Positions 37,886 to 48,602 of a DNA stretch of 64,000 nucleotides are shown here, in pieces (the first letter of the stretch is position 1; each line of letters begins with the position of its first letter). A model generated the notes under the pieces. That model worked only from the letters and a program-made list of their open reading frames with translations, had not been told where the DNA came from and did not search any database. A program made the position numbers and the translations under genes. Location: positions 5,555-69,554 of the forward strand of contig JAHFRL010000010.1 of assembly GCA_023266235.1 (NCBI GenBank), written 5' to 3'. Source of the stretch: Betaproteobacteria bacterium. GTDB lineage: Bacteria; Pseudomonadota; Gammaproteobacteria; Burkholderiales; SG8-41.

Positions 37886-39352
37886 ATGCTGAACTTCACC
37901 CTCAAACAACTGGCTGCCGACCTCACCGCCAGGCGCGTGTCGAGCATCGAGGTCACGCAGTATTTCCTCAAGCGAATCAATGCGCTGGGCAAGACCTACA
38001 ATGCTTTCATCAGCGTCGATGAAGGGCAAAGTCTGGCGGCGGCGCGCGCCGCCGATCAATTGATTGCGGCGGGCAAGGCGGGGCCGCTGACCGGCATCCC
38101 GCTCGCCCACAAGGACATCTTCTGCACCAAGGGCTGGCTGACCACCTGCGGCTCGAAAATCCTGTCCAACTTCGTCGCTCCGTATGACGCGCACGTGATC
38201 GAGCGCTGCCATCAGGCGGGCGCGGTGATTGCCGGCAAGACCAACATGGACGAGTTCGCGATGGGCTCATCCAGCGAGACATCGTTCTATGGTCCGGTCA
38301 GGAATCCGTGGGATACGGCGGCGGTCCCCGGCGGCAGTTCGGGCGGCTCGGCGGCTGCGGTGGCGGCGCGGCTGGTGCCGGCCGCGACCGGCACCGATAC
38401 CGGCGGCTCGATCCGCCAGCCGGCGGCGTTGTCCGGCATCTGCGGGTTGAAACCCACTTACGGCGTGGTGTCGCGCTACGGCATGATCGCCTTCGCTTCC
38501 AGCCTCGACCAGGGCGGACCGTTTGCCAAGACCGCTGAAGACCTGGCGCTGATGCTGAACGTGATGGCGGGATTCGATGCGCGCGACTCGACCAGCCTCG
38601 AGCGCGAGCCCGAAGACTATGCCCGGAACCTTGCCAAGTCGGTCACGGGCTTGCGCATCGGGCTGCCGAGCGAGTTTTTCGCGGATGGGGTCGCGCCGGA
38701 TGTCGCCAAAGCGGTCGATGGCGCCATTGCGGAATTCAAGCAGTTGGGCTGCGAAACGGTCGAGGTGCGGCTTCCCAACATGCGGCTGTCGGTGCCGGTG
38801 TATTACGTGCTGGCGCCGGCGGAAGCGTCCTCCAACCTGTCGCGTTTCGACGGCGTGCGCTACGGCTACCGCGCGCCGCAGTATTCCGACCTGCTCGACA
38901 TGTACTGCAAGACCCGCGCGCAGGGCTTCGGCGCGGAAGTGAAGCGGCGGATACTGATCGGCACCTACGTGCTGTCGCACGGCTACTATGACGCCTATTA
39001 CATCAAGGCGCAGAAGCTGCGGCGGCTGATCGCGCAGGATTTCGTCGCGGCTTTCCGGAAATGCGACGTGATCATGGGGCCGACCAGCCCGACCACTGCG
39101 TTCAACATCGGCGAAAAAGCCGGCGACCCGGTGCAGATGTACCTGTCGGACATTTACACGATTGCGGTCAACCTCGCGGGGCTCCCGGGCATGTCGATCC
39201 CATGCGGCTTCGGCAACAAGAATCACCCGGTGGGGCTGCAGCTGATCGGCAATTATTTTGGCGAAGCGAAAATGCTCAACGTCGCGCACCAGTACCAGCA
39301 GGCGACCGATTGGCATATGCGGATGCCCGAGGGCATCCGCACTGAATGGTGA
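37886..39352 (+). CDS. gatA: Glutamyl-tRNA(Gln) amidotransferase subunit A
   Basis: Amidase signature [13 protein letters not shown]...[13 protein letters not shown]. Confidence 0.95.
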   Translation: MLNFTLKQLAADLTARRVSSIEVTQYFLKRINALGKTYNAFISVDEGQSLAAARAADQLIAAGKAGPLTGIPLAHKDIFCTKGWLTTCGSKILSNFVAPYDAHVIERCHQAGAVIAGKTNMDEFAMGSSSETSFYGPVRNPWDTAAVPGGSSGGSAAAVAARLVPAATGTDTGGSIRQPAALSGICGLKPTYGVVSRYGMIAFASSLDQGGPFAKTAEDLALMLNVMAGFDARDSTSLEREPEDYARNLAKSVTGLRIGLPSEFFADGVAPDVAKAVDGAIAEFKQLGCETVEVRLPNMRLSVPVYYVLAPAEASSNLSRFDGVRYGYRAPQYSDLLDMYCKTRAQGFGAEVKRRILIGTYVLSHGYYDAYYIKAQKLRRLIAQDFVAAFRKCDVIMGPTSPTTAFNIGEKAGDPVQMYLSDIYTIAVNLAGLPGMSIPCGFGNKNHPVGLQLIGNYFGEAKMLNVAHQYQQATDWHMRMPEGIRTEW

Positions 39353-39433
39353 AAAGTGAAACGTGATGCCCCCTCCCCAGCCCTCCCCCTGTCGGGGGAG
39401 GGTGCGTTTCACATTTGACATTTCACGTTTCAC
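39348..39433 (+). repeat. Inverted heptamer-repeat hairpin (GTGAAAN units) with an inner CCCTCCCCC/GGGGGAGGG hairpin, between gatA and gatB
   Basis: The left arm is ggtgaaaagtgaaacgtgatgc. The inner hairpin is ccctccccctgtcgggggaggg. The right arm is gcgtttcacatttgacatttcacgtttcac. Confidence 0.9.
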
Positions 39434-39443
39434 GGAAATTAAC

Positions 39444-40880
39444 ATGAAATGGGAAACGGTAATCGGGCTTGAGACGCACGCGCAACTGTCGACGCGCTCG
39501 AAGATTTTTTCGGGCGCGCCCACAGCCTTTGGCGCGGCGCCCAACACGCAGGCCTGCGCGATCGACATCGCGCTGCCGGGCGTGCTGCCGGTGATGAACC
39601 GCGGCGCGCTCGAGCGCGCGCTCCGCTTCGGACTCGCGGTCGGCGGCAAGATCAATCGGCGCTCGATATTCGCGCGCAAGAATTATTTCTATCCCGATCT
39701 GCCCAAGGGCTACCAGATCAGCCAGTACGAGCTGCCGGTCGTCGAGGGCGGCGCCATCGACATTGTGGTCGATGGCGGAGAAAAGACCATACGGCTGACT
39801 CGCGCGCATCTGGAGGAGGACGCCGGCAAGTCGCTGCACGAGGACTTTCACGGCATGAGCGGCATCGATCTCAATCGCGCCGGCACGCCGCTGCTCGAAA
39901 TCGTGTCCGAGCCCGACATGCGCTCGGCAGCCGAGGCGGTCGCATATGCGAAGACGGTGCACGCGCTGGTGCGGTGGATCGACATCTGTGACGGCAACAT
40001 GCAGGAAGGCTCGTTTCGCTGCGATGCCAACGTCTCGGTGCGCCGTCCGGGCGAGCCGCTGGGCACGCGCTGCGAGATCAAGAACCTCAATTCGTTCCGT
40101 TTTCTGCAGGAGGCGATCGAGTACGAAGTGCGGCGTCAGGTCGAGGTGCTTGAAGATGGTGGCAAGATCGTGCAGGAGACGCGGTTATATGATCCGGACC
40201 GCAAGGAAACCCGCTCGATGCGCTCGAAGGAAGAAGCGCACGACTATCGCTATTTCCCCGATCCGGATTTGCTCCCCCTGGAGGTCAATCCGGCTATGTT
40301 GAAGAGCATTGAGTCTGGTTTGCCGGAGCTTCCACGTGCCATGCGGGAGCGGTTTCAGCGCGATTTCGAATTGTCGGCTTATGACGCGACGTTGCTCACC
40401 GGCAGCCGCGAGCTTGCCGACTATTTCGAAACTGCCGCCAGAGGCGCTGACGCCAGGGTGGCGAAGCAATGTGCGAACTGGATCGCCGGCAATCTGAGCG
40501 CGCGGCTCAACGACGCGGGCTTAGATGTCGCGCAGAGCAGGATGAGCGCTGCGCAACTCCGCGGCCTGGTCGACCGCATCGCCGACGGCACGATTTCCAG
40601 CAAGATCGCGAAGGACGTGTTCGACGCGATGTGGGGTGGGGAAGGCGATGCCGACGCCATCATCGCCGCGAAAGGACTGAAGCAGATCTCCGACAGCGGC
40701 GAGATCGGGAAAATTGTCGATCAGGTGCTGGCCGCGAACGCGCAGCAGGTCGCCGATTACAAGGCCGGCAAGGAAAAGGCGTTCAACTCGCTGGTCGGGC
40801 AGGTGATGAAAGCGACCAAAGGCAAGGCCAATCCCGCCCAGGTCAACGCGCTGCTGAAAGAAAAGCTCGGCAGCAGTTAA
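39444..40880 (+). CDS. gatB: Asp/Glu-tRNA(Asn/Gln) amidotransferase subunit B
   Basis: [41 protein letters not shown]. Start moved to ATG 39444. Confidence 0.95.
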   Translation: MKWETVIGLETHAQLSTRSKIFSGAPTAFGAAPNTQACAIDIALPGVLPVMNRGALERALRFGLAVGGKINRRSIFARKNYFYPDLPKGYQISQYELPVVEGGAIDIVVDGGEKTIRLTRAHLEEDAGKSLHEDFHGMSGIDLNRAGTPLLEIVSEPDMRSAAEAVAYAKTVHALVRWIDICDGNMQEGSFRCDANVSVRRPGEPLGTRCEIKNLNSFRFLQEAIEYEVRRQVEVLEDGGKIVQETRLYDPDRKETRSMRSKEEAHDYRYFPDPDLLPLEVNPAMLKSIESGLPELPRAMRERFQRDFELSAYDATLLTGSRELADYFETAARGADARVAKQCANWIAGNLSARLNDAGLDVAQSRMSAAQLRGLVDRIADGTISSKIAKDVFDAMWGGEGDADAIIAAKGLKQISDSGEIGKIVDQVLAANAQQVADYKAGKEKAFNSLVGQVMKATKGKANPAQVNALLKEKLGSS

Positions 40881-40886
40881 GCCGCG

Positions 40887-41654
40887 TTATTTTTTCCCGG
40901 ATGCGGCGCTCGCGGCTGGCGCCGGTTGTGCGGTGGCTGCGGGCGCCGGTTGCGGCGCGGGCTTGGCATCGACATCGGCCGCCGGGCCGCCGCCCTTGAG
41001 CTCCGCAAAGCGTTTCTTAAGCTCGTCATAGCGCTGGTGGAGCGTCACGATATCCTTGCGTTTCTGCGCAATCTGCTTCTCGGTCCTGGCTTTGTCGCCT
41101 TCGATACGGTCGAAATCTTCCTGTATCGCCTGCGGCACCGGCTGCTTGTTTCTCTTGTATTGCTCGGCGCGCGCGCGCACATCGGCCTGCCGATCGTTGG
41201 CGTTCTTGAGATTGGATTGCAGCAATTCGATATTCGACTCGACCAGCTGCACGTCGCGCGTGCGCTTGAGATCGATTTCCTTCTCGTTGGAAAACGTATC
41301 GAGCAGCGCTTTGTCCTTGCGCCGTTGCTCTTCTTTTTGCTGCGCCTCGGCCTTTTTGCGTTCCAGTTCGGCCTGCTGTGCTTTCTTCTGCTCCGCCGTG
41401 AGAGCCGCGTCCGTCTGCTTCACGGTTATGCCTTGCCGGCTGACCTCCTTGACCGCGCTGTCCTGATACTCGGCGGGTACCTTGTCGCCGCAGCCGATGA
41501 CCTTCCCCGACTTGTCCTTCCAGCAAATGATCGTGCCGCCGCCGGGGCCCGGGCCCTTGGTCTGCGCCTGGGCCGCGCCCAATGCCAGCAACGTGGCCGC
41601 CAGCGCGACCACCGTCAACGTCGGGCGTGGGCTACGCATGCGCCACCACTCCAT
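40887..41654 (-). CDS. DUF4124-like periplasmic coiled-coil protein
   Basis: A signal peptide, then IICWKDKSGKVIGCGDKVPAEY (DUF4124-like), a long Lys/Glu/Gln coiled coil and a Pro/Ala-rich tail. The start may be the internal ATG (MRSPRP). Confidence 0.65.
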   Translation of the reverse strand: MEWWRMRSPRPTLTVVALAATLLALGAAQAQTKGPGPGGGTIICWKDKSGKVIGCGDKVPAEYQDSAVKEVSRQGITVKQTDAALTAEQKKAQQAELERKKAEAQQKEEQRRKDKALLDTFSNEKEIDLKRTRDVQLVESNIELLQSNLKNANDRQADVRARAEQYKRNKQPVPQAIQEDFDRIEGDKARTEKQIAQKRKDIVTLHQRYDELKKRFAELKGGGPAADVDAKPAPQPAPAATAQPAPAASAASGKK

Positions 41655-42285
41655 ATCGCTCGCGGTATTTGCTCACCGCAGCCAGGTTAGAGGCCATTTC
41701 TTTTTCCGTTTTCAAATAAGCGACCAGATCTTCGAGCGTTGCAATGCTGATTACCGGCATATGGTAGAGCTGCTCGACCTCCTGCACCGCCGACAGTTCG
41801 CCGGCGCCGCGTTCCATGCGGTCGAGCGCGATCGCAACCCCGCATGGAATAGCGCGCGAGGCCTTGATCAGGTTGACCGACTGGCGCACCGAGGTGCCCG
41901 CGGAGATCACGTCGTCGACGATCAGCACGCGGCCCGCAAGCGGCGCGCCGATCACGCTGCCGCCTTCGCCATGATCCTTTTCTTCCTTGCGATTGAAGCT
42001 GTAGCGCACGTTACGGCCCTCGTCCGCGAGCGCGACCGCCACCGCCGCCACCAGCGGGATGCCCTTGTAAGCCGGGCCGAACAGCATGTCGAACTCGATC
42101 CCGGCGGCGAGGATGGCTTTCGCGTAAAATTGCGCGAGCCGCTTAAGCGACCGGCCATCGTAAAATAACCCGGCATCGAAAAAATACGGCGACATGCGGC
42201 CCGCCTTGGTCTTGAATTCCCCGAAACACAGCACTTTGTGCGCCAGTATGAACTCGATGAATTCGTGCCTGAAATTAGCCGACAT
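41632..42285 (-). CDS. pyrE: Orotate phosphoribosyltransferase
   Basis: FGEFKTKAGRMSPYFFDAG, VLIVDDVISAGTS (PRPP motif). Confidence 0.9.
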   Translation of the reverse strand: MSANFRHEFIEFILAHKVLCFGEFKTKAGRMSPYFFDAGLFYDGRSLKRLAQFYAKAILAAGIEFDMLFGPAYKGIPLVAAVAVALADEGRNVRYSFNRKEEKDHGEGGSVIGAPLAGRVLIVDDVISAGTSVRQSVNLIKASRAIPCGVAIALDRMERGAGELSAVQEVEQLYHMPVISIATLEDLVAYLKTEKEMASNLAAVSKYRERYGVVAHA

Positions 42286-42324
42286 AAAACGCTGAATGCA
42301 GCCGCTAAAAGCTAAAACGAGATT

Positions 42325-43101
42325 ATGTTACGCGTAATCACCCTCAACCTCAACGGCATTCGCTCGGCGGCCGGCAAAGGCGTGTTCCGCTGGCTCGCGC
42401 GGCAGCGGGCTGACATTTTTTGCGTGCAGGAACTGAAAGCGCAGGCCCCGGACATGCTGCCCGCAATGCTCGCGCCCACCGGCTTTCGCGGCTATCTCCA
42501 TTACGCCGCGAAAAAAGGCTACAGCGGCGTCGGCATCTACACCCGGCGCGAACCTGAGCGCGTGGTCGAAGGCCTCGGCATCCGCGAGTTCGACGCCGAA
42601 GGCCGCTACCTGCGCGCCGACTTCGGCAAGCTCTCCGTGATCTCGGTTTACCTGCCGTCGGGGTCGAGCGGCGAAGAGCGCCAGCGCATGAAGTTCAAGT
42701 TCATGGACCGCTTCTATCCGCATCTCAAGAAACTGGCCGCGGCAGGCCGCGAATTCATCCTGTGCGGCGACTGGAACATCGCGCACCGGGAAATCGACCT
42801 CAAGAACTGGCGCGGCAATCAAAAAAACTCGGGCTTCTTGCCGGCAGAACGGCAATGGCTGACGCAGGTGTTCGACGAGCTTGCATTCGTCGACGTGTTC
42901 CGCCGCATCGATCCGCGCGCGGAGCAGTATACCTGGTGGTCGAACCGCGGCCGGGCGTGGGCGAAGAACGTCGGGTGGCGCATCGACTACCATATCGCGA
43001 CGCCCGGCATCGCCGCGACCGCGCGCAAACTGAAAATCTACAAGGATCAGCGTTTTTCCGACCATGCGCCGCTCACGATCGATTACGATTACAAGCTGTA
43101 A
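42325..43101 (+). CDS. xthA: Exodeoxyribonuclease III
   Basis: LNLNGIRSA, FCVQELK, GDWNIAH, RIDYHI, SDHAPL. Confidence 0.9.
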   Translation: MLRVITLNLNGIRSAAGKGVFRWLARQRADIFCVQELKAQAPDMLPAMLAPTGFRGYLHYAAKKGYSGVGIYTRREPERVVEGLGIREFDAEGRYLRADFGKLSVISVYLPSGSSGEERQRMKFKFMDRFYPHLKKLAAAGREFILCGDWNIAHREIDLKNWRGNQKNSGFLPAERQWLTQVFDELAFVDVFRRIDPRAEQYTWWSNRGRAWAKNVGWRIDYHIATPGIAATARKLKIYKDQRFSDHAPLTIDYDYKL

Positions 43102-43105
43102 CGGC

Positions 43106-43234
43106 GGTGAATAGTGAATGGTGAATAGTGAACGGTAAAACGCAGTCCGTACCGCCTTTCCTCCGGGAGAGAGTGGGACCGGATTGCCCGATTCTTCATT
43201 TCCCATTTCCCATTTCCCATTTCCCATTTACTCG
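43106..43234 (+). repeat. Inverted heptamer-repeat element (GGTGAAT/AGTGAAT units versus 5 x CATTTCC) after xthA
   Basis: The left arm is ggtgaatagtgaatggtgaatagtgaacggtaaaacg. The right arm is ttcatttcccatttcccatttcccatttcccatttactcg. The spacer is about 52 nt. Confidence 0.9.
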
Positions 43235-43238
43235 TGCA

Positions 43239-44366
43239 ATGCACATCGTGACTTTCCGTCCCGCCGCCGAAGTCGGCATGCTGCTGGCAGAAGTCGATAC
43301 GCCCTGCCTGCTCCTAGAGCTCGATGCGTTCGAGCGCAACCTCAAGCGTCTGCCTGAATCCTTGCGCGGCCCCAACATCCGGCTGCGCCCGCACGCCAAG
43401 AGCCACAAATGCCCGCAGATCGCGCTCAGGCAGATTGCGCTCGGCGCAGTCGGCGTGTGCTGCCAGAAAGTGAGCGAAGCCGAGGCGCTCATCGCGGGCG
43501 GCGTCGACGACGTGTTGATTGCGAACGAGGTCGTGGGCGCCGTCAAGCTCAAGCGGCTTGTTGCGCTCGCGCAGCAGGCCAGGGTCAAGGTATGCGCCGA
43601 CGAGGCGGGCAACGTGCGCGATCTCGATGCGGCGGCGGGTGCCGCCGGCGTTACGCTCGAAGTGCTGGTCGAAGTCGATGTCGGCGCGCACCGCTGCGGG
43701 GTTGCGCCGGGCGCGCCGGCGGTGGCGCTTGCGCAGCAGATCGTGTCCTGCCGCCATTTACGGTTTGCCGGCCTGCAGGCCTACCAGGGCGCCGCGCAGC
43801 ACGTGCGGCAAGTCGCCGCACGGCGCGACGCGATCGCGCGCGCGGTCGACGACGTGCGGAACACGACGCAGCTGCTGGGCGAAGCGGGCATCCGGTGCGA
43901 CTACGTGACGGGCGCGGGCACCGGCAGCTACATGTTCGAGGCGATAAGCAGCGTCTACCACGAGCTGCAGGCCGGCTCCTACATCTTCATGGACGCCGAT
44001 TACGCGAAGAACGACTGGACCGAAAGCGGAATCCCGCAGTTCGAGCACAGCCTGTTCGTGTGGACCACGGTGATGAGCGCGACCGCGGCGGACCGCGCGG
44101 TGGTGGACGCCGGGCTCAAGGCGTCGAGCGTGGATTCGGGCATGCCGCGCGTCGCGGATTACGGAGACGTCGAGTACGTGAAAGCGTCAGACGAGCACGG
44201 CGTGCTGCAGCTCAAGGGCGCGACGCGCTTCAGGGTCGGCGACAAGCTCAGGCTGATCCCGGGCCACTGCGATCCGACGGTCAACCTTTACGACTGGTAC
44301 GTGTGCATACGCAACGGCCGCGTCGAGGCGCTGTGGCCGATCACCGCGCGCGGCGCGGTGCTGTAG
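43239..44366 (+). CDS. DSD1-family PLP enzyme (alanine racemase N-terminal fold; D-serine dehydratase / D-threonine aldolase-like)
   Basis: DTPCLLLELDAFERNLKRL, RLRPHAKSHKCPQIA (PLP Lys), HCDPTVNLYD. Start moved to ATG 43239. Confidence 0.75.
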   Translation: MHIVTFRPAAEVGMLLAEVDTPCLLLELDAFERNLKRLPESLRGPNIRLRPHAKSHKCPQIALRQIALGAVGVCCQKVSEAEALIAGGVDDVLIANEVVGAVKLKRLVALAQQARVKVCADEAGNVRDLDAAAGAAGVTLEVLVEVDVGAHRCGVAPGAPAVALAQQIVSCRHLRFAGLQAYQGAAQHVRQVAARRDAIARAVDDVRNTTQLLGEAGIRCDYVTGAGTGSYMFEAISSVYHELQAGSYIFMDADYAKNDWTESGIPQFEHSLFVWTTVMSATAADRAVVDAGLKASSVDSGMPRVADYGDVEYVKASDEHGVLQLKGATRFRVGDKLRLIPGHCDPTVNLYDWYVCIRNGRVEALWPITARGAVL

Positions 44367-44432
44367 AAGGAGAGGCGAGAGGCGGAAATACCGAAAGCCT
44401 CGATCTCGCAGAACGCTTCGTGTTTCCGGATT

Positions 44433-45005
44433 TCAGAACGGATTGAGAGTTTTTTTCCTGGTGTAGTGCATGTAGCCGATGCTCGCGCCGGCGCGCAGGC
44501 CCACTCCCAGCCGGATCGGCGCGAGAATGATCTTGTCGCGCTGCTGATAGTTGATGCCCACCCCGCCCACGTAGTAGAGGCTGCCGTCCACCGCCGGAAA
44601 CCGCTGGAAGATTTTTTCAGTGCCGGGCAGGTGGTAGACCAGCACGAACACCTTGGAGACGTTGGCGCCGAGGTCAAATCCGATCGACGGTCCTTGCCAG
44701 TAGACCTTGCGGGTCGCGCCCTTCTTCAGTTTCAGCGTCCCGTCCCCGTAGCGCAGGCCGACCGTGATGGCGCCGCTTGCTTCCTGGCCCTTGATGTAGC
44801 CGTTCGGTCTGCCGTGATCCTTGAACGCCTTCTCGATCACCTTCGCGAGCCCTTCGGTGCTTGAGCCGAAGAAATCGACCGCATCTTTGAGGATGGAATC
44901 CTGGTCATAGGTATCCTTGTCCGCGTCCTTTCCGGCATCGGCGGCGAAGGCCGGGACCGCGGCCAGCAACCCTGCCAGCAGGGCCAATTGCAGGAATGTC
45001 CTCAT
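44433..45005 (-). CDS. DUF1134 (EipA-like) periplasmic protein
   Basis: Signal peptide MRTFLQLALLAGLLAAVPAFA, then VGLRYGDGTL, VYWQGPSIGFDLGAN, GVGLRAGASIGYMHYT...LNPF. Confidence 0.75.
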   Translation of the reverse strand: MRTFLQLALLAGLLAAVPAFAADAGKDADKDTYDQDSILKDAVDFFGSSTEGLAKVIEKAFKDHGRPNGYIKGQEASGAITVGLRYGDGTLKLKKGATRKVYWQGPSIGFDLGANVSKVFVLVYHLPGTEKIFQRFPAVDGSLYYVGGVGINYQQRDKIILAPIRLGVGLRAGASIGYMHYTRKKTLNPF

Positions 45006-45212
45006 GTCGGCGCACCAGCGCGGCAGCCAGTTTTGGGTGTGTTTTAGCATCGTGATCTCCAATTATAGGCTTAAAGATTACGTTTCATCAGACAGGTTTT
45101 CGTCCGCTTGTCACGCTAAGCAATACGACAACAGTTCTTTCTGTGTTCCTTTGCGTCTTCGCGTCAAGATTCTTCCCTGGATTTGTCAATAGTAAATTGG
45201 CAGGAGACCAAA

Positions 45213-46700
45213 CTAGGAACCCGGCGCCGGTTCCGTGCGCGCGAGCATCGCCTTGACCCACGGCAGGAAAAAGTATGCCGGAAACGCGAGGAAAAAGGTG
45301 AGCAGGAAATACGCCGAGTAGCCCATCTCCTCGGCGCCGAAGCCGCTCGCCCAGCCGGCGAACGAGCGCGACAGCGCGAACACCGACGACAGCAGTGCGT
45401 ATTCGGTGGCGGCGCGCTGCTTGCTGACGATCGCCATCAGGAACGCAAGAAACGCCGCGGTGCCGAGCCCGCCGGTGAACGATTCGAGCGCGCTCGCCGA
45501 GTAGAGCAGCACGCGATGCTCGATGAGCAGCGTGCTGCCGGTCGCGGCGGCGGGAATCACCGCGGCGGCGAGCGCGTAACCGAGATTGGATACGGCCTGG
45601 AACAGTCCCAGCACCCACAGCGCGCGGTAAATGCCGGCGCGGTCGGTATACCAGCCGCCGGCAAGGCCGCCGGCGATCGACAGCCCCAGCCCGAGATTGA
45701 CCGACACCAGCCCGATTTCGGTCGCGGTGAAGCCGCTGTCGACCCAGAACGGCTTGACCATGAAGCCCATCGAGGCATCGGCGAGCTTGAAGATCAGGAT
45801 GAAGACGAGCACCGGCGCGATGCCCGGGCGCCTCAAGAGTTCCATCAAGGCGCCGAACATCGGGCCCTGCGCCGCATCGGCCGCAGCCGGCCGCGCCGGC
45901 GGCAGCGCAACCCGGCGCGCGATCGCCAGCACGCCGAACACCGCGCCCGCGATGCCCCACGCAATCGGCCAGAAATTGGGCTGGTGCAGCGACCGGCGCG
46001 TGGCGTTGTCGATCAGCCATACGCAGCCGAGCACGAACAGCAGCACCAGCGCCAGCGCCTGCGGTTGCAGCACGATGCCGCGCAACTCGTCCGCGAGGGT
46101 CGGTCCGGTGCGGCGCACCAGCACTTGCTCGCGCGGCGCGGCGAGGCAGAACCCCGCGCACGCGCCGAACACGATCGCGGCGCAGATGAAAGCGCCGCTC
46201 CATGCCAGATAATCCGAGAGGATCAGGATGCCGCCGGCAGCGAGCATGCCGACGCGGTAAAGGCCGATGCGCACGCCGTTGGCGAGCCCCATTTCGTTGC
46301 GGTCGAGCAGCTCGATGGTATAGCCGTCGATCGCAATGTCGTTGGTGGCCGACAGCAGCGTGAATACAGCGATCGCCAGCCACACCCACAGCGGCAGGCC
46401 CGCGGTGATCGCGAATGCGAGCATCACCATGCCCATCAGGATGTCGACTGCGGCCATCCACAGCCGGTGGCAGCGGTAGTGATCGATCGCGGGCGCCCAC
46501 AGGAACTTGAGCGTCCAGGCGAGCCCGAGCAGGCTGATGATGCCGATGTTCCTGAGCTCGACGCCCTGCTGGCGGAACCACACCGGAAAGATGTCGTAGA
46601 AAATGCCGAGCGGAAAGCCTTCCGAGAAATACAGCACGCCGACCCAGAAGAGCTTGGATCGCAGCAGCGGTTGTGGCGCCACGGAATCAGGCGCGCTCAA
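45213..46700 (-). CDS. ampG: AmpG-family muropeptide MFS permease
   Basis: GVLYFSEGFPLGIFYDIFPVWFRQQGV, LKFLWAPAIDHY, and about 12-14 TM segments. Confidence 0.85.
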   Translation of the reverse strand: MSAPDSVAPQPLLRSKLFWVGVLYFSEGFPLGIFYDIFPVWFRQQGVELRNIGIISLLGLAWTLKFLWAPAIDHYRCHRLWMAAVDILMGMVMLAFAITAGLPLWVWLAIAVFTLLSATNDIAIDGYTIELLDRNEMGLANGVRIGLYRVGMLAAGGILILSDYLAWSGAFICAAIVFGACAGFCLAAPREQVLVRRTGPTLADELRGIVLQPQALALVLLFVLGCVWLIDNATRRSLHQPNFWPIAWGIAGAVFGVLAIARRVALPPARPAAADAAQGPMFGALMELLRRPGIAPVLVFILIFKLADASMGFMVKPFWVDSGFTATEIGLVSVNLGLGLSIAGGLAGGWYTDRAGIYRALWVLGLFQAVSNLGYALAAAVIPAAATGSTLLIEHRVLLYSASALESFTGGLGTAAFLAFLMAIVSKQRAATEYALLSSVFALSRSFAGWASGFGAEEMGYSAYFLLTFFLAFPAYFFLPWVKAMLARTEPAPGS

Positions 46701-47283
46701 AGCGGTAAACCGCGAGAGTGCCCAGCAGGTTCGGCAGGAAATCGACCGCGGTGCCGTCGCGCATCACGATGCGCTCGAGGATGCGCACGCCGTGGCCGCG
46801 GCAGAAATCCTCGAAGTCGGTGATGGTGCACAAGTGTATGTTGGGCGTGTCGAACCACTGGTAGGGCAGATTGTCCGATACCGGCATGTTGCCGCGGATC
46901 ACCTGCAGCCGGTTGCGCCAGTAGCCGAAGTTGGGAAACGTGACGATGCCCTCGCGGCCGACGCGCAGCATTTCGCGCACGACGCGCTCGCTGCTGCGCA
47001 CCGCCTGCAGCGTCTGCGACAGGATCACGTAGTCGAACGAGCCGTCGGCAAACCCGGACAGCCCGCGCTCGAGGTCGCCCTGAATCACGTTGACGCCGTT
47101 ATTGACGCACGCGAGAATGCCCGCGTCGTCGATCTCGACGCCATAGCCGGCGCCGCCGCGTTGCTCGTTGAGGTAACGCAGCAGCGTGCCGTCGCCGCAA
47201 CCCAGGTCGAGCACGCGCGCGCCGGGCTTGATCCAGTTGGCGATCGCCGCGAAATCGGCGCGTTGCATCGCGTTCGTATTCAT
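46687..47283 (-). CDS. metW: Methionine biosynthesis protein MetW
   Basis: [32 protein letters not shown]. It overlaps metX. Confidence 0.85.
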   Translation of the reverse strand: MNTNAMQRADFAAIANWIKPGARVLDLGCGDGTLLRYLNEQRGGAGYGVEIDDAGILACVNNGVNVIQGDLERGLSGFADGSFDYVILSQTLQAVRSSERVVREMLRVGREGIVTFPNFGYWRNRLQVIRGNMPVSDNLPYQWFDTPNIHLCTITDFEDFCRGHGVRILERIVMRDGTAVDFLPNLLGTLAVYRFERA

Positions 47284-48428
47284 GCCCCGAGATCCTTGCT
47301 GATGCGGTCGAAATACGCCGCCACCAGCCGGTGATAACGCGCGTCATCGAGCAGGAACGCGTCGTGTCCGTGCGGCGCGTCAATCTCGGCGTAGGTCACG
47401 TCGCGGCGGTTGTCGAGCAGCGCCTTGACGATTTCGCGCGAACGTTCCGGCGAAAACCGCCAGTCGGTGGTGAACGATACGACGAGGAAGCTCGCGGTGG
47501 CGGGCTCCAGCGCCAGACTCAGGTTACCGCCGTGCTCGGCCGCCGGATCGAAGTAGTCGAGCACCTTGGTGATGCGCAGGTAGGTATTGGCGTCGAAATA
47601 ATCCGAGAACTTGTTGCCCTGATGGCGCAGGTAGGACTCGATCTCGAATTCGGCATCGAAGGTATAGTTGAGCCTGCCGTGGCGCAACTGACGGCCGAAC
47701 TTGCTCGCCATCTCGTCGTCCGACAGGTAAGTGATATGGCCGACCATGCGCGCGACGCGCAACCCCCGCGTCGGCCGCGTGTTGTGCTCGTAATAGTGCC
47801 CGCCGTGGAAATCCGGATCGGTGATGATCGCCTGGCGCGCGACTTCGTTGAACGCGATGTTCTGCGCCGACAGGTTCGGCGCGCACGCGATCACCAGCGC
47901 GTGACCGATGCGCTCGGGATACTGGATCGTCCACGCCAGCGCCTGCATCGCGCCGAGGCTGCCGCCCATCACCGCGGCGAAGCGCTGGATGCCGAGCTGA
48001 TCGGCGAGCCGGGCCTGCGTCGTGACCCAGTCTTCGACGGTAACCACCGGGAAATCCGCGCCCCACGGGCGGCCGGTCGCGGGATTGATGCTGTGCGGCC
48101 CGGTCGAGCCGAAGCAGCCGCCGAGATTGTTGACGCCGATCACGTAAAAGCGGTTGGTGTCGAGCGGCTTGCCGGGCCCGATCATGTTGTCCCACCAGCC
48201 GACGTTTTTCGGGTCGTCGGCGTAATAACCGGCGACATGGTGCGACGCGTTCAGCGCGTGGCACACCAGCACCGCGTTCGACTTGTCGGCGTTGAGCGTG
48301 CCGTAGGTTTCGCAGGCAAGCTCGTAGCCGCCCAGCGTCACGCCGCTCTTGAGCCTTAGTGGCTCATCGAACCTGGCGCTGCGCGGCGTGACCGCCCCCA
48401 CCGATTGTTTGTTGGTCGTGCCATCCAT
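47280..48428 (-). CDS. metX: Homoserine O-acyltransferase MetX (acetyl- or succinyl-type not resolvable by eye)
   Basis: [27 protein letters not shown] (nucleophile elbow GxSxG), [11 protein letters not shown]. Confidence 0.9.
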   Translation of the reverse strand: MDGTTNKQSVGAVTPRSARFDEPLRLKSGVTLGGYELACETYGTLNADKSNAVLVCHALNASHHVAGYYADDPKNVGWWDNMIGPGKPLDTNRFYVIGVNNLGGCFGSTGPHSINPATGRPWGADFPVVTVEDWVTTQARLADQLGIQRFAAVMGGSLGAMQALAWTIQYPERIGHALVIACAPNLSAQNIAFNEVARQAIITDPDFHGGHYYEHNTRPTRGLRVARMVGHITYLSDDEMASKFGRQLRHGRLNYTFDAEFEIESYLRHQGNKFSDYFDANTYLRITKVLDYFDPAAEHGGNLSLALEPATASFLVVSFTTDWRFSPERSREIVKALLDNRRDVTYAEIDAPHGHDAFLLDDARYHRLVAAYFDRISKDLGA

Positions 48429-48432
48429 AAAT

Positions 48433-48466
48433 AAAAAAACCCGGCGAGCTTGCGCTTTACCGGGTC
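48433..48466 (-). terminator. Intrinsic terminator / attenuator hairpin immediately upstream of the metX ATG
   Basis: The minus strand reads ACCCGG-UAAAGCGCAAGCUCG-CCGGGU followed by UUUUUUAUUU, then AUG. Confidence 0.55.
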
Positions 48467-48472
48467 ATTTTT

Positions 48473-48523
48473 CTCTTTAGCCGGATTTATAAGGCGCCCG
48501 CAAGCTGAAATCAAATCGGCGCA
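48473..48523 (-). promoter_or_regulatory. Candidate SAM-responsive leader (SAM-II-like pseudoknot motif) upstream of metX
   Basis: The minus strand reads GCGCCGAUUUGAUUUCAGCUUGCGGGCGCCUUAUAAAUCCGGCUAAAGAG. A GCGCC/GGCGC stem is present, and loop GAUUU is complementary to tail AAAUC. The motif is shared with the metH leader. Confidence 0.45.
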
Positions 48524-48602
48524 CTGCAACTGGAGCAAACGTTACCGTGTCCCGCCCGGGCTTGTCAAATCGGGAGCGCGGGCGGGGCCCCCGCCGCGTG
48601 GC

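Noticed and set aside
45088-46823. Two alternative long ORFs (45088-46581 minus, 45183-46823 plus) overlapping ampG
   Set aside because: Only the 45213-46700 minus frame gives a 12-14-TM MFS protein with AmpG motifs. The others are Arg/Pro/Gly-rich.
48450-48602. Treating the 126-aa ORF 48450-48830 as an intact small gene
   Set aside because: Its first ~50 codons overlap the metX leader and terminator and have no family similarity. Only the last ~75 codons match a methyltransferase C-terminus, so it is called a remnant instead.
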